From the NCBI GenBank assembly GCA_051532035.1, contig JAOPTW010000033.1, forward strand, positions 1 through 64,000: 64,000 bases of DNA, read 5' to 3'. The stretch comes from Fibrobacterales bacterium. GTDB taxonomy: Bacteria; Fibrobacterota; Fibrobacteria; Fibrobacterales; JAOPTW01. The translations under genes and the position numbers were made by a program. Of the stretch, positions 1 to 12,134 are shown one piece after another. How positions within the stretch are numbered: position 1 is the stretch's first letter; each line of letters starts with the position of its first letter. The notes beneath the pieces were generated by a model that was not told the origin of the DNA, did not search any database, and saw only the letters and a list, made by a program, of their open reading frames with translations.

Positions 1-473
1 TCAACGGGTCTATGGCGCTCTACTTACTCGACTTTGTAGGAATAAGTGTTGAGCAAGATACAATTTTGCGCAAATCACTCACAAATAAAGGTATCGATTA
101 CGTGGCGGTTAAAAATACGCTTCTTAAACGTGCTCTTGCTGAGTGTAACATTGAAGGATTTGACGATAAACTCGTTGGAACAACTTCAGTTATGTTTGGT
201 TCAGAAGAAGAACCAACGCTACCTGCAAAAGAGATCGTAGAGTTCTATAAAGCCAACCCTGACCTTCTCGCTGTTAAAGGCGTGAGCATGGATGGTGAAG
301 ATCTTTCTGCAACAGATATTAAAGAAATAGCAAAAATGCCTGGCCGTAAAGAGCTTATTGCTCAGATCGTATCGATCACACTTGGACCTGGAGCTAACCT
401 TGTTGGCATCATTAAGGGCCCTGGTTCAACTATCGCAGGTCAGTTAAAAGCATTAGAAGAAAAATTAAATTAA
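1..473 (+). CDS. rplJ: 50S ribosomal protein L10, 5'-truncated by window edge
   Basis: VKNTLLKRAL motif, C-terminal MPGRKELIAQ; directly upstream of rplL-rpoB. Confidence 0.95.
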   Translation, partial: NGSMALYLLDFVGISVEQDTILRKSLTNKGIDYVAVKNTLLKRALAECNIEGFDDKLVGTTSVMFGSEEEPTLPAKEIVEFYKANPDLLAVKGVSMDGEDLSATDIKEIAKMPGRKELIAQIVSITLGPGANLVGIIKGPGSTIAGQLKALEEKLN

Positions 474-499
474 TTATCAATAAATAAATGGAGAAAAAA

Positions 500-874
500 A
501 TGGCAGTAGATATAAATACTCTCGGAGATCAAATCGCAGGACTTACTCTTATTGAGGCTAAAGGACTTGCTGATTATTTAAAAGAAACACACGGCATCGA
601 AGCGGCAGCTGGTGGTGCAGTAGTTATGGCTGGTGGTGACGCTGCAGCAGCAGTTGAAGAACAAACTGAGTTTGATGTAATCCTTGAAAGCGCTGGTGAG
701 AAAAAAATCAACGTTATTAAAGCGGTAAGAGCTGCTACAGGTCTTGGTCTTAAAGAGGCAAAAGAACTTGTAGATAGCGCACCAAAAGCAGTTAAAGAAG
801 CAGCTTCAAAAGAAGATGCAGAAGCACTCAAAAAAGACCTTGAAGCCGCTGGCGCTGCTGTAACATTAAAATAA
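500..874 (+). CDS. rplL: 50S ribosomal protein L7/L12
   Basis: [35 protein letters not shown] precedes ATG at 500. Confidence 0.98.
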   Translation: MAVDINTLGDQIAGLTLIEAKGLADYLKETHGIEAAAGGAVVMAGGDAAAAVEEQTEFDVILESAGEKKINVIKAVRAATGLGLKEAKELVDSAPKAVKEAASKEDAEALKKDLEAAGAAVTLK

Positions 875-894
875 TAGCTGTAATACTAAAAATT

Positions 895-921
895 AACGCC
901 CGCAGTTTTTGCGGGCGTTTT
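895..921 (+). terminator. Intrinsic terminator/attenuator between rplL and rpoB
   Basis: AACGCCCGCA-gtttt-TGCGGGCGTT perfect 10-bp stem followed by T's; same position as the known rplL-rpoB attenuator. Confidence 0.8.
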
Positions 922-957
922 AGAGTTTAATGTAGTTCTTTAAAATAAGGTACTCTA

Positions 958-3900
958 ATGGCAGAAAGAAGAAGCTACGCTTCCAAAAAGTTTCAATTAG
1001 ATCTTCCGAATCTAATTCAAACGCAACTTGACTCATACCTAAATTTTCTTCAGGAAGAAGTTACTTCTAATAAAAGAGAAAAAATGGGTCTTCAGCAAAT
1101 TTTCAGTGATATCTTTCCTATTACAGATATCAAAGAGATGTACTCACTGGAATTTGAAAGCTATTCATTTGGGGTACCAAAGTACTCAATAAGAGAGTGC
1201 CGTGAGCGTGGACTCAGCTACTCACTACCATTGAAAGCTACATTAAGCCTATACGTTTACGAAGGTGAACGCGAAGATAAAAAGTTTAAAGAGAAGATTA
1301 CTAATGATGTTTTCATGTGTGAACTTCCAATGATGACCCATACCGGTTCATTTATAGTTAATGGCGCAGAACGCGTTGTTGTTTCTCAGCTTCACCGTTC
1401 GCCAGGTGTAAGTTTTGATGAAGAGTACCATGCTAGTGGTAAGAGAATGTTTAAATCAAGAATTATTCCTTATAGAGGTTCTTGGGTCGAATTCCTTATC
1501 GATGCATCTGACATACTGTATGTCAATATTGATAGAAGAAGAAAACTTCCAGCTACCATTCTTCTCAGATCATTAGGCTTTGGAACAAATGAACAGATTT
1601 TAGAATTATTCTATGAATCTGAAGCAGTTATGCTTAATGACACTACCTCTGAAGGGCTTGAAGGTCGTGTTCTTGCAAAAGAAATTATTGATGAAGAGAC
1701 TGGTGAACTCATAGCAGAAGCTAACTCACCTCTTACAGCGGTTATCCTTTCTAAAACTATTGATGCTGGGATCGTTGAAATCACTGTAATAAAAGATAAT
1801 TTGGAAGATTTCCCAGTTATCCATAATACTATCGCTGCAGACCCTACTGATAATCAAGAAGACGCACTATTTAGAATCTATAGTTTGGTACGTCCCGGTG
1901 ATCCACCAAATGCAGCAACTGCACAATTGTTGTTCGATAAACTCTTTTTCGATGACAAGCGTTATGATTTGGGTAAAGTTGGTCGTTATAGATTAAACTC
2001 CCGCTTAAAACATGAAGTGGATCTTGAAGTTCTTACAATGACACCTCAAGACTTCATGAGCATTATTCAATACATGGTAGATCTTCACAGTGGTGAAGGT
2101 AGTCTGGATGATATTGATCACCTTGGTAATAGACGGGTACGTTCAGTTGGTGAACTACTTGGAAATCAATTTGCACTCGGCCTTACAAGAATGGCACGTG
2201 CAATTCGTGAGAGATTAAGTCTTCGTGATCAAGAAGACCTTACTCCTCAAGATCTTATTAATGCAAGAACAATTTCATCAGTGGTGTCGACCTTCTTTGG
2301 TTCATCACAGTTGTCACAGTTTATGGACCAAACTAATCCACTTGCAGAATTAACACATAAAAGAAGAATGTCTGCCTTAGGGCCTGGTGGTCTTACACGT
2401 GAACGTGCTGGATTTGAAGTTCGTGATGTTCACCATACTCACTATGGTCGTCTTTGTCCTATTGAAACTCCAGAGGGACCAAATATTGGTCTGATTAATT
2501 CGCTAGCCATGTATGCAGTTGTAAACCGCTTTGGTTTTCTCGAAACTCCATATCGTATTGTTAAAGATGGAAAAGTTTCAGAAGAGATTATATATCTCAC
2601 TGCGGATAAAGAGGACAATTATATTATTGCTCCTGCTTCAACTGAACTCGATGATAATCAAGAATTTGTTATGGATTATCCTATCGTAAGAAGTTCTGGT
2701 GAATTCCCGATTGTTCCAAAAGCACAAATTCAATTGATGGATGTATCGACAAAACAGATCGTATCTGTAGCTGCTGGTCTTATTCCATTCCTTGAGCATG
2801 ATGATGCGAACCGTGCACTCATGGGTTCAAATATGCAACGTCAAGCAGTACCACTTCTTCGTTCAGAAGCGCCACACGTTGGTACAGGTATGGAAGGACG
2901 TGCTGCAACTGATTCTGGAACAATTATCACAGCGCTAAATTCTGGTGTGGTTGTAGAACTTGATTCTGCACATATTGTTATTAAGCGTGATGATACTGAT
3001 TCAATTGAAGACAAATTTCTAGATATTCCAGAGTATGATCGTTATATACTCAGAAAATTTGAACGTTCAAATCAAGACTCTTGTTTAAATCAGCGTCCTT
3101 TAATTAAAAATGGTGAAACCGTTATTAAAGGGCAAGTTATTGCTGACGGATCGTCAACACAGAATGGTGAACTAGCATTAGGTAAAAATATCCTTATTGC
3201 CTTCCTTCCGTGGTATGGCTATAACTTTGAAGATGCGATCATTATTTCTGAAGAACTCAGAAAAAATGATACATTTACTTCGATTCACATCGAACAATTT
3301 GAACTTGAAGTTCGTGATACCAAACGTGGACCTGAAGAACTTACTCGTGAAATTCCAAATGTTTCAGAAGAGGCTGTCCGCAATCTAGATGAAGCTGGAG
3401 TTATCCGTATTGGAGCTGAAATTGAACCTGGCGATATTCTTGTCGGTAAAATTACTCCTAAAGGTGAAACTGAGTTATCACCGGAAGAACGTCTCCTTCG
3501 TGCTATCTTTGGTGAAAAAGCAGGAGATGTAAAAGATTCATCCATGAAAGCTCCTCCAGGACTTAAGGGTGTTGTCGTTGAAACTCGTGTTTTCTCGCGT
3601 AAAGAACGTGATAAAAAAACAAAAATTGAAGATAAAGAGAAAATCGAACGTATTAAAGACGATATTGGAAATCGAATCCAAGAAGTTATACGCGCACGTG
3701 ATCATAAATTAGTTGAGCTTCTTGTTGGCCAAGAGAGTGGTGAAGTACGTGATGGTACAACCAACGAAATTCTCGTGGGTAAAGGCAAGAAGTATTCTGA
3801 TAAAACAGTAATGAAAATCAACTTTTCTGACATTTCAAATGATTCTGTATTCTCTACAGAAGATGGTGTGAACGATGAGTCTGTTAGAGTTGTTACACAA

Positions 3901-4716
3901 TCAAATGCAATGATCCAAAAACTTGAAGATACTCTTGATAAAGAAATTGATAAAGTGGTTCGTGGTGATGAGTTAAAACCTGGTGTACTTCAACTCGTTA
4001 AAGTGTATGTTGCTAAAAAACGTAAACTTAACGTTGGTGATAAAATGGCTGGACGTCACGGGAATAAAGGTGTTATTTCTAAGATTGTTCCTGTAGAAGA
4101 CATGCCGTTTACAGAAGATGGACGTCCTGTTCAAATTCTTCTTAATCCACTTGGTGTACCATCGCGTATGAACGTGGGCCAGGTTCTTGAAGTGCATTTA
4201 GGATGGGCTGCTCAGGCACTCGGAATCAATGTTGCTACTCCTGTATTTGATGGTGCTTCTTATGAGCATATTACAGATTGTCTGGTTGAAGCTGGATTAC
4301 CAAAAACAGGTAAAACGAAACTTATCGATGGAAAAACAGGTGCTGCTTTTGATACCCCAGTTACTGTTGGTGTGATGTACATGTTGAAACTTAATCACCT
4401 TGTTGATGATAAAATGCATGCGCGTTCAATCGGGCCTTACTCGTTGGTTACCCAACAACCGTTGGGTGGTAAATCACAATTTGGTGGTCAACGTTTTGGT
4501 GAGATGGAAGTATGGGCTATGGAAGCATATGGTGCTGCATATACTCTACAAGAACTTCTCACTGTAAAGAGTGATGACGTTATGGGACGTTCTAAAATTT
4601 ACGAGTCTATCGTAAAAGGTGAAAATACACCAGAACCAGGAATCCCTGAGTCATTTAACGTTCTAATTAAAGAGATCCAGGCGCTCTGCTTAGACGTAAC
4701 TATTGGAGATGAATAA
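958..4716 (+). CDS. rpoB: RNA polymerase beta subunit
   Basis: [42 protein letters not shown]. Confidence 0.99.
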   Translation: MAERRSYASKKFQLDLPNLIQTQLDSYLNFLQEEVTSNKREKMGLQQIFSDIFPITDIKEMYSLEFESYSFGVPKYSIRECRERGLSYSLPLKATLSLYVYEGEREDKKFKEKITNDVFMCELPMMTHTGSFIVNGAERVVVSQLHRSPGVSFDEEYHASGKRMFKSRIIPYRGSWVEFLIDASDILYVNIDRRRKLPATILLRSLGFGTNEQILELFYESEAVMLNDTTSEGLEGRVLAKEIIDEETGELIAEANSPLTAVILSKTIDAGIVEITVIKDNLEDFPVIHNTIAADPTDNQEDALFRIYSLVRPGDPPNAATAQLLFDKLFFDDKRYDLGKVGRYRLNSRLKHEVDLEVLTMTPQDFMSIIQYMVDLHSGEGSLDDIDHLGNRRVRSVGELLGNQFALGLTRMARAIRERLSLRDQEDLTPQDLINARTISSVVSTFFGSSQLSQFMDQTNPLAELTHKRRMSALGPGGLTRERAGFEVRDVHHTHYGRLCPIETPEGPNIGLINSLAMYAVVNRFGFLETPYRIVKDGKVSEEIIYLTADKEDNYIIAPASTELDDNQEFVMDYPIVRSSGEFPIVPKAQIQLMDVSTKQIVSVAAGLIPFLEHDDANRALMGSNMQRQAVPLLRSEAPHVGTGMEGRAATDSGTIITALNSGVVVELDSAHIVIKRDDTDSIEDKFLDIPEYDRYILRKFERSNQDSCLNQRPLIKNGETVIKGQVIADGSSTQNGELALGKNILIAFLPWYGYNFEDAIIISEELRKNDTFTSIHIEQFELEVRDTKRGPEELTREIPNVSEEAVRNLDEAGVIRIGAEIEPGDILVGKITPKGETELSPEERLLRAIFGEKAGDVKDSSMKAPPGLKGVVVETRVFSRKERDKKTKIEDKEKIERIKDDIGNRIQEVIRARDHKLVELLVGQESGEVRDGTTNEILVGKGKKYSDKTVMKINFSDISNDSVFSTEDGVNDESVRVVTQSNAMIQKLEDTLDKEIDKVVRGDELKPGVLQLVKVYVAKKRKLNVGDKMAGRHGNKGVISKIVPVEDMPFTEDGRPVQILLNPLGVPSRMNVGQVLEVHLGWAAQALGINVATPVFDGASYEHITDCLVEAGLPKTGKTKLIDGKTGAAFDTPVTVGVMYMLKLNHLVDDKMHARSIGPYSLVTQQPLGGKSQFGGQRFGEMEVWAMEAYGAAYTLQELLTVKSDDVMGRSKIYESIVKGENTPEPGIPESFNVLIKEIQALCLDVTIGDE

Positions 4717-4717
4717 T

Positions 4718-7700
4718 ATGAGTTTTGTACCAAATAATTTTGATACTGTTGAAAATAAGGGATCAATCTCTATTCAACTCGCATCTCCAGATGTGATCCG
4801 TAGCTGGTCATATGGTGAAGTGAGCAAGCCAGAAACTATCAACTATCGTTCATTTAAGCCTGAACGAGATGGTCTCTTTTGCGAGAAAATCTTTGGCCCA
4901 GTAAAAAACTGGGAGTGTAACTGTGGTAAATACAAACGTATACGTTATCGTGGAGTCGTTTGTGACCGCTGTGGAGTTGAAGTAACGCACTCTAAAGTTC
5001 GTCGTGAACGTATGGGTCATATTGAGCTTGCAATTCCAGTAGTTCATATCTGGTTTTTTAAATCTCTACCATCAATGATTGGATCTCTTCTTGCTGTTTC
5101 TATGGCAAATCTCGAAAGAGTAATTTATTACGAGTCATATCTCGTTCTCGATCCAGGTGATACAGAACTCAAAATTGGCGATCTCATTTCTGAAGATGAT
5201 TATATTGATCTTGAAGAAGAGGGTAGAACTTTTGATGCAAAAATGGGCGGTCCAGCAATTAAACAATTGTTGGCAAATATGGATCTAGACGAAATGTCTG
5301 AAGATCTTAAAAGCCGTCTTAAAACTGACAAATCAGTTCAAAAGAAAGCTGATGCGCTTAAACGTTTGAAAATTGTTGAGGCAATTCGTAAATCTGAAAA
5401 TCGTCCTGAATGGATGGTAATCGATGTACTTCCTGTAATTCCTCCTGATCTCAGACCTCTCGTTCCCCTTGAAGGTGGACGATTTGCAACATCGGACTTG
5501 AATGATTTGTACCGTCGTGTTATTAACCGTAATAACCGTCTTAAAAAACTTATTGATATCAAAGCTCCAGAAGTAATTCTTCGTAATGAAAAACGAATGT
5601 TACAAGAGTCGGTTGACGTATTGTTTGACAATGGTAGAAGAACTTCATCTGTTAAAGGTGAAGGGCGTCGTCCATTAAAGTCACTTTCAGATCTTCTGAA
5701 AGGTAAACAAGGTCGTTTCCGTCAGAATCTACTTGGAAAGCGTGTTGACTACTCTGGTCGTTCGGTAATCGTAGTAGGACCAGAACTTAAAATGCACGAA
5801 TGTGGTATTCCTAAGAATATGGCACTTGAGCTTTACAAACCTTTTATCATTCAAAAACTTGAAGAAGAAGGGTATGTACATACTGTAAAATCTGCTAAGA
5901 AATTTGTAGAAAAAGAGCGTCCAGAGGTTTGGGATATTCTCGAAGAGATTATTGAAGACCATCCGGTACTATTGAACCGTGCTCCAACACTTCACAGACT
6001 TGGTATTCAAGCATTTTACCCAAAATTGATTGAAGGTAAAGCAATTCGCCTTCACCCACTTGTGTGCGCAGCATTTAATGCGGACTTTGACGGTGACCAA
6101 ATGGCTGTTCACCTTCCACTCAGTTTTGAAACACAACTTGAATGTCGTGTAATAATGCTGGCTTCAAACAATATTCTTCACCCTGCTTCAGGTAAACCAA
6201 TCGCCGTTCCTTCACAGGATATCGTTCTTGGACTTTACTACATCACTAAACACCGCCCTGGTGCTAAAGGTGAAGGTAGAGTATTTAATAGTGCTGAAGA
6301 AGCTCAACTTGCTTATGAATCTGGATATATTACTCTTCATACAAGTATTAAAGTGTTATTTCTTGAAGATACAATAATTTATTCAAGTCACCTTGATAAT
6401 GAAACTGAAGTTATCGACCAACATGGTGAGAAACTTCATGTATTGGCTGGTGGTCAAGTTGAAAACTGTACGCTTACTAAAAATGAGATATTTACCACTA
6501 CAGTGGGACGTCTCAACATAAATAAGATTATCGATCCTGATATGGGTTATGCTAATATTCTTTTCGACAAGAAGACCATCTCAAAATCTATTGATGATCT
6601 CTACCGTTTAAAAGGTAATGCACGTACCGTACGTTTTCTGGATGATCTTAAAGACTTAGGATTTGCTTGGGCAACCAAAGCGGGTACTTCTGCTGCTATT
6701 TGTGACATGATTATCCCACCAGAAAAACATGTTATGATTACTGAAACTCAAGAGAAAGTAGATAAAATCTATGATCTCTATGAAAACGGTGTAATCACAG
6801 ATGGTGAACGATATAACCAAATTGTTGATGCATGGTCACACACTACAAATGATGTAGCAAACCTTTTATTTGATAGACTTGCAAGTGATGATGATGGGTT
6901 TAACCCTGTATATATGATGGCTGACTCTGGTGCGCGGGGGTCTCGTGAACAGATTAAACAGCTTTCAGGTATGCGTGGACTTATGCAGAAGCCTACTAAA
7001 AAACTTGGTGGACAAGAGGTTATCGAGAATCCAATTAAGTCTTCATTCCGTGAAGGTCTTAATGTGATGGAATACTTTATCTCTACTCACGGAGCTCGTA
7101 AAGGTCTAGCGGATACGGCACTTAAAACTGCAGATGCTGGTTACCTTACACGCCGTCTTGTTGATGTTGCTCAGGATGTTGTGATCAATCAACATGACTG
7201 TGGTACCGCACAGGGTATTATCATGCGTGCTATTAAAGACGGTGATGATGTTATCGAAGATCTTGATGAAAGAATTTTAGGTCGTATTCTTAATGACGAC
7301 CTCGTACACCCAGTTACTGAAGAAGTAATAGTTAAAGCGGGTGAGATGATTGTGGAAAAACATATTCCACGTATTATCGAAACTGGTATTGACGAAGTTA
7401 TGGTTCGCTCGGTTCTTACGTGCGAAGCTAAAGTTGGTGTATGTACACAGTGTTATGGTCGTAACCTTGCAAATGGTCGCCTTGCTGACCAAGGTCAAGC
7501 TGTTGGTGTTGTAGCAGCACAGTCTATCGGTGAACCAGGTACACAGCTGACACTCCGTACATTCCACATTGGTGGTGCTTCTTCTCGTTTGACAATCGAG
7601 TCATCGAAAAAAGCTCCAGCTGATACTAAAGTTATACTTGAACGTATTAATGTAGAAGAAGAAATAATCTACAAAGGCGATGATAACATCGTTGTGTCAC

Positions 7701-8941
7701 GTTCAGGTGAAATGATTCTTGAAGACGAACACGGCGTTGTACGTGGACGTTATCAGATTCCTTACGGATCTTACCTTCGTGTAGGACAGAATGAACTTGT
7801 GAAAGAAAATCAAGTTCTTTTTGAGTGGGATCCGTATCACAGTATGATTATTGCTACAAGAGAAGGTACTGTCGAATTCGAAGAACTCGTAAAAGACAAG
7901 ACTATGCTTGTTGAATATGATGATGCTACAGGTATGGAAAACATTCGTGTAATGAGTGACAAAAAAGCGAAACTCAGACCACATATTAATGTCAACAACC
8001 CTCTCGGCGAAAGAGTTGCAAACTTTATGATGCCAGAAGGCGCATATCTAAGTGTTGTAAATGGTCAAGAGATAAAAGCTGGTGAAATTCTTGCGAAACT
8101 GCCACGTGCTGTAGGTAAGACAAAAGATATTACTGGTGGTCTTCCACGTGTTGCTGAACTTTTTGAAGCTCGTATTCCTAAAGCTCCAGCAGTAATTGCA
8201 CCCATAGATGGTATGGTCGAATATGGCGATATCGTTCGTGGTCAGCAAGTTATTTTTGTACGTGACGAATTTGACGAAGAAGTAAAAGAGAAAGTGACTA
8301 TTCCACGTGGTAAACACATCTTTGTGCATGAATCAGAACGTGTTCATGCCGGTGATAAACTATGTGAAGGGTCAATTAATCCTCATGATATCTTGAGAGT
8401 GTTGGGTGTCAACGCTGTACAAGAATATTTAGTTCATGAAATCCAAGCGGTATATCGACTTCAAGGTGTAGCTATATCTGATAAACACATTGAGTGTATT
8501 GTCCGCCAAATGATGCGTAAAGTAAAAGTCAAAAATTCAGGTGATACTAACTTCCTAGAACAGGAAGATATCTCTAAAGCAGTTCTTAGAATACAGAACG
8601 AAAAAATGATTGAGCAGAGTTTATCTCCGGCAACATTTACACCAATGCTTTTAGGGATTACAAAATCTTCACTTGGTACTGACAGTTTTATCTCTGCTGC
8701 ATCGTTCCAGGAAACAACAAAAGTACTTACCCGTGCGGCTATTGAGGGTAAGAAAGATGACCTGGTTGGGCTTAAAGAAAATGTTATTATGGGTAGACTT
8801 ATTCCTTCAGGAACCGGTTCTGCGCACCTCAAAAGGGTACGTGTCCGTGACTTAGATGCAGAAGTTGCTGTTGAAGAAGAGCCTACTATTGAAGATATTC
8901 AACCAATGGAAATTATCAAAGAAACTCCTTTTAGCGAGTAG
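4718..8941 (+). CDS. rpoC: RNA polymerase beta' subunit
   Basis: [12 protein letters not shown] catalytic motif, N-terminal Cys zinc-binding motif; ATG 4718 follows GGAG at 4705-4708. Confidence 0.99.
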   Translation: MSFVPNNFDTVENKGSISIQLASPDVIRSWSYGEVSKPETINYRSFKPERDGLFCEKIFGPVKNWECNCGKYKRIRYRGVVCDRCGVEVTHSKVRRERMGHIELAIPVVHIWFFKSLPSMIGSLLAVSMANLERVIYYESYLVLDPGDTELKIGDLISEDDYIDLEEEGRTFDAKMGGPAIKQLLANMDLDEMSEDLKSRLKTDKSVQKKADALKRLKIVEAIRKSENRPEWMVIDVLPVIPPDLRPLVPLEGGRFATSDLNDLYRRVINRNNRLKKLIDIKAPEVILRNEKRMLQESVDVLFDNGRRTSSVKGEGRRPLKSLSDLLKGKQGRFRQNLLGKRVDYSGRSVIVVGPELKMHECGIPKNMALELYKPFIIQKLEEEGYVHTVKSAKKFVEKERPEVWDILEEIIEDHPVLLNRAPTLHRLGIQAFYPKLIEGKAIRLHPLVCAAFNADFDGDQMAVHLPLSFETQLECRVIMLASNNILHPASGKPIAVPSQDIVLGLYYITKHRPGAKGEGRVFNSAEEAQLAYESGYITLHTSIKVLFLEDTIIYSSHLDNETEVIDQHGEKLHVLAGGQVENCTLTKNEIFTTTVGRLNINKIIDPDMGYANILFDKKTISKSIDDLYRLKGNARTVRFLDDLKDLGFAWATKAGTSAAICDMIIPPEKHVMITETQEKVDKIYDLYENGVITDGERYNQIVDAWSHTTNDVANLLFDRLASDDDGFNPVYMMADSGARGSREQIKQLSGMRGLMQKPTKKLGGQEVIENPIKSSFREGLNVMEYFISTHGARKGLADTALKTADAGYLTRRLVDVAQDVVINQHDCGTAQGIIMRAIKDGDDVIEDLDERILGRILNDDLVHPVTEEVIVKAGEMIVEKHIPRIIETGIDEVMVRSVLTCEAKVGVCTQCYGRNLANGRLADQGQAVGVVAAQSIGEPGTQLTLRTFHIGGASSRLTIESSKKAPADTKVILERINVEEEIIYKGDDNIVVSRSGEMILEDEHGVVRGRYQIPYGSYLRVGQNELVKENQVLFEWDPYHSMIIATREGTVEFEELVKDKTMLVEYDDATGMENIRVMSDKKAKLRPHINVNNPLGERVANFMMPEGAYLSVVNGQEIKAGEILAKLPRAVGKTKDITGGLPRVAELFEARIPKAPAVIAPIDGMVEYGDIVRGQQVIFVRDEFDEEVKEKVTIPRGKHIFVHESERVHAGDKLCEGSINPHDILRVLGVNAVQEYLVHEIQAVYRLQGVAISDKHIECIVRQMMRKVKVKNSGDTNFLEQEDISKAVLRIQNEKMIEQSLSPATFTPMLLGITKSSLGTDSFISAASFQETTKVLTRAAIEGKKDDLVGLKENVIMGRLIPSGTGSAHLKRVRVRDLDAEVAVEEEPTIEDIQPMEIIKETPFSE

Positions 8942-9069
8942 TTTCTTTGTAAGTTGAGTTAATTGAGGGATTTATGCAAGGATTAAATGTAAAAATATTC
9001 CTTGCACCCTTCCAAAGGGTTACCAATTATATTAACTTTACACCCACTAAAATTTAGGAGCAACATTAA

Positions 9070-9450
9070 GTGCCAACGGTAAACCAATTAGTTAGAAAAG
9101 GCAGAAAGAAGGCCATTACTGGAACCAACTCTCCTGCCCTTAAAAATTGCCCTCAAAAAAGAGGCGTGTGTACTCGTGTATACACAACCACACCTAAAAA
9201 ACCAAACTCTGCATTACGTAAAATTGCACGAGTTCGCCTTTCGAATAAATTCGAAGTGACTTGTTATATTCCTGGTGAAGGTCATAACCTTCAGGAACAC
9301 TCAATTGTACTTATTCGCGGTGGCCGGGTTAAAGACGTTCCAGGTGTTCGTTATCACATTGTTCGTGGTACACTGGATACTCAAGGTGTTAATGATCGTA
9401 AACAATCTCGTTCAAAATACGGGGTTAAAAAACCTAAGGACAGTAAATAA
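9070..9450 (+). CDS. rpsL: 30S ribosomal protein S12
   Basis: [26 protein letters not shown] start after AGGAG. Confidence 0.99.
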   Translation: MPTVNQLVRKGRKKAITGTNSPALKNCPQKRGVCTRVYTTTPKKPNSALRKIARVRLSNKFEVTCYIPGEGHNLQEHSIVLIRGGRVKDVPGVRYHIVRGTLDTQGVNDRKQSRSKYGVKKPKDSK

Positions 9451-9926
9451 TGGCTAGACGTAGATCCGCGGTAAAACGCGAAAGATTACCTGATCCAAAA
9501 TTTAGTTCAGTTCTTGTTACCGAGTTAATCGGTACTGTTCTAAAAAAAGGTAAAAAAACAGTTGCAGAAAAAATCGTTTATACTGCACTCGAACAAATGC
9601 ATTCAAAAATTGAAGGTGATGAGTCGATCAAAGAAAAACTCGAAACATGTCTTTCAAATATCAGACCTACTCTTGAAGTAAAATCAAGAAGAGTTGGTGG
9701 ATCAACATACCAAGTGCCTATAGAGGTTCCTGGTAATCGTTCAAAAGCACTAGCACTTCGCTGGTTACTTGAAGCTTCACGCAATAGAAATGAGAAAGAT
9801 ATGTCTCAACGTCTTGCGAGTGAACTTGTTCAAGCATACAATAACGAAGGTAATGCAGTACGTAAACGTGTTGATACACATAAAATGGCTGACGCAAATA
9901 AAGCTTTTGCTCATTTTAGATGGTAA
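9450..9926 (+). CDS. rpsG: 30S ribosomal protein S7
   Basis: EVKSRRVGGSTYQVP, HKMADANKAFAHFRW; TAATG overlap with rpsL. Confidence 0.99.
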   Translation: MARRRSAVKRERLPDPKFSSVLVTELIGTVLKKGKKTVAEKIVYTALEQMHSKIEGDESIKEKLETCLSNIRPTLEVKSRRVGGSTYQVPIEVPGNRSKALALRWLLEASRNRNEKDMSQRLASELVQAYNNEGNAVRKRVDTHKMADANKAFAHFRW

Positions 9927-9948
9927 ACTAAATTACGATAGAATTACT

Positions 9949-9980
9949 AAAAGCCTTGATATTCTATCAAGGCTTTTTTT
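9949..9980 (+). terminator. Intrinsic terminator after rpsG
   Basis: AAAAGCCTTGATA-ttc-TATCAAGGCTTTT perfect 13-bp stem plus T run. Confidence 0.9.
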
Positions 9981-10018
9981 ATTTTCAAAATACTTAACCC
10001 ATAAGAATGGTATACAGA

Positions 10019-10279
10019 ATGACATTTGAAGAGATACTTGAAGTAGTAAAAAAACGAAAACAAGAGATGCCCGAAGGGAGCTGGACTACCAAGCTTTTTG
10101 AAAAAGGCGCTCACGGCATTGGTAAGAAACTTGTTGAAGAAGCTGCTGAAAGCTGGATGGCCGCTCGATTTGAGTCCAAAGAAGAGTGTGCAGAAGAACT
10201 CTCTCAGGTAATGTACTATGTAGCATGTATGATGGCAGAGAAAAATATTTCTCTTGATGAGGTGTATAAAACATTATGA
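10019..10279 (+). CDS. hisE: Phosphoribosyl-ATP pyrophosphatase (monofunctional)
   Basis: GSWT..L..G...IGKKLVEEAAE..EELSQ; ATGA overlap with hisG. Confidence 0.9.
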   Translation: MTFEEILEVVKKRKQEMPEGSWTTKLFEKGAHGIGKKLVEEAAESWMAARFESKEECAEELSQVMYYVACMMAEKNISLDEVYKTL

Positions 10280-11118
10280 TAAAAATGGCACTCCCTAATA
10301 AAGGTCAACTTTTTGAACCAACCATCGAACTCTTAAAAGAGTGTGGGTATAAAGCTAAAAAATCTAGAAAGTCATTAACCTGCATAGATATTGAAAATGA
10401 CATTGAGTTCTATTTTTTACGTCCCTATGATATCCCTATGTATGTAGCAGAAGGCATTATTGATCTAGGTATTACTGGTATCGATTTTAATGAAGAGCGT
10501 TGTGGTAAAGCGACAAAAGTAATGGACCTCCATTTTGGACATTCTAAGCTCTGTGCAGCGGTCCCTAATGATAGTGACTACAAAGACATTATGGATCTTA
10601 AAGGCGCGCGCATAGCTACCTCATTTCCTAATACAACAAGAAATTTCTTTAATGCCCCTGATATGCAAATTACCGAACTAGAAGGTGCTGTTGAAATTTC
10701 TGTTAAACTCGGTATTTCTGACGCAGTTGTTGATATTGTAGAAACTGGTTCAACGTTAAAACAAGCAGGACTTCGTCTTCTTGGTGAGCCAATGTCATTT
10801 TCAAATGCTGCTATTTACGCACACCCAGGTAGAGAAACAAGTCCAGAAATGTTAAAGCTTCAAAAAAGAATTAAGGGTAAACTAGTAGCCTTAGATCATG
10901 TTATGGTGGAGTACGATACACCAAAAGAGATTCTTGATACCGTATGTGCTATAACACCAGGTATTGAGTCTCCAACAGTTATGCCACTTCATGATCCTGA
11001 ATGGTATTCAGTTAAGTCAATGATTAAAAAATCTGAGTCTAATGTGATAATGGATAAACTCTCTGAACTAGGGTGTAAGGGTGTCATTATTACTGCAATA
11101 GAAAGTGCTCGAATCTAA
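10276..11118 (+). CDS. hisG: ATP phosphoribosyltransferase, long form
   Basis: ALPNKG, DLGITG, DIVETGSTLK, C-terminal TPGIESPT regulatory domain. Confidence 0.95.
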   Translation: MIKMALPNKGQLFEPTIELLKECGYKAKKSRKSLTCIDIENDIEFYFLRPYDIPMYVAEGIIDLGITGIDFNEERCGKATKVMDLHFGHSKLCAAVPNDSDYKDIMDLKGARIATSFPNTTRNFFNAPDMQITELEGAVEISVKLGISDAVVDIVETGSTLKQAGLRLLGEPMSFSNAAIYAHPGRETSPEMLKLQKRIKGKLVALDHVMVEYDTPKEILDTVCAITPGIESPTVMPLHDPEWYSVKSMIKKSESNVIMDKLSELGCKGVIITAIESARI

Positions 11119-11216
11119 ATAATTATTCAAAAACATTAGATAATGCTGTTACCGATAAGGTGACAGCTTTTTTTGTATCATTTTCAACGATATCTGACCT
11201 ATTAGTTAGATTTGGT

Positions 11217-12071
11217 CTACTCGACATTGAAGGAGCTTCGATACTCTTTAGGTGTTTTGGATGTCTCTTGTTTAAATTTTTTGCAAAAATATGCTGTATC
11301 ATTAAAGCCACATTGTTCAGCGATTTTTGCTATGGACACATTTTGATTGTTTAAGAGGGTTATAGCGGAGTTAATCTTCCTTTTAAGGAGATACTCGTTA
11401 TACGTTAAATCAAAGTAAGATTTAAAGAGCCTCGAAAAATGAAATTTAGAAAGACCACAGAGTTTTGCCGCTTTATCGAGTGGCAGATTGTATATGGAAT
11501 TCTCTTCTAGGTGCTTGAGAAGTGGTGTGAATTGAAGGATTCCCTTTGAAGGGCGAATTGGTGTATTTTCAATTATTGGTGCTTGTCTAATTTGATCTAA
11601 AACTAACTGAAGAATAAGACTGATTATTCGTTGAGCAAGTGCCCTATTTTCTGATTGATATACTTCTTGATACCAGTTAAAAAGGTAATCAAAATGATCG
11701 TTTATTTCATTGGTAAGTACCGAAACAGAAGGGGTGTTAAATATCTCTTTTACTTGTCTAAAATTATATGCTGTAAGAAGGGTGGGCTCAAATTGTAGGA
11801 GAGACCATGAGCGTCGGGAATCCGTAGGAAATCGGATATCATGTACCGACATAGATGGTATAAATACAAGGGTATTGGGTACAAGTTCATATTCGACTCC
11901 ATCGATGCTCAATACACCACCAGATACGTAATTGTACTTAATTATTTCGTGAAGCTTGTGAAAGTGAGTAAAATTCCAAAAAGTGTCAGATGGCTCTTGA
12001 TCTACGCGAGATAAGTAGACATGATGACTTGAATCCGGGGTTATATTCTCATATTGGATAGGTGTTGTCAT
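11217..12071 (-). CDS. AraC-family transcriptional regulator (cupin + HTH)
   Basis: HFHKLHEI cupin motif; LSKFHFSRLFK and IAEQCGFNDTAYFCKKFK. Confidence 0.9.
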   Translation of the reverse strand: MTTPIQYENITPDSSHHVYLSRVDQEPSDTFWNFTHFHKLHEIIKYNYVSGGVLSIDGVEYELVPNTLVFIPSMSVHDIRFPTDSRRSWSLLQFEPTLLTAYNFRQVKEIFNTPSVSVLTNEINDHFDYLFNWYQEVYQSENRALAQRIISLILQLVLDQIRQAPIIENTPIRPSKGILQFTPLLKHLEENSIYNLPLDKAAKLCGLSKFHFSRLFKSYFDLTYNEYLLKRKINSAITLLNNQNVSIAKIAEQCGFNDTAYFCKKFKQETSKTPKEYRSSFNVE

Positions 12072-12134
12072 AGGTAAATTAGCAGGATCGAGGGCGTGTA
12101 TATCTACAGATATAATAAAGAGTTATTATAAAAA

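Noticed and set aside
2290..2400. Possible rifampicin-resistance changes in RpoB (and streptomycin sites in RpsL)
   Set aside because: Key residues (Q, D, H, S in cluster I; RpsL Lys positions) look wild type.
46..8855. Many short alternative-frame and antisense ORFs over rplJ/rplL/rpoB/rpoC (and similar ones across the window)
   Set aside because: Shadow ORFs of conserved genes with no recognisable motifs or RBS.
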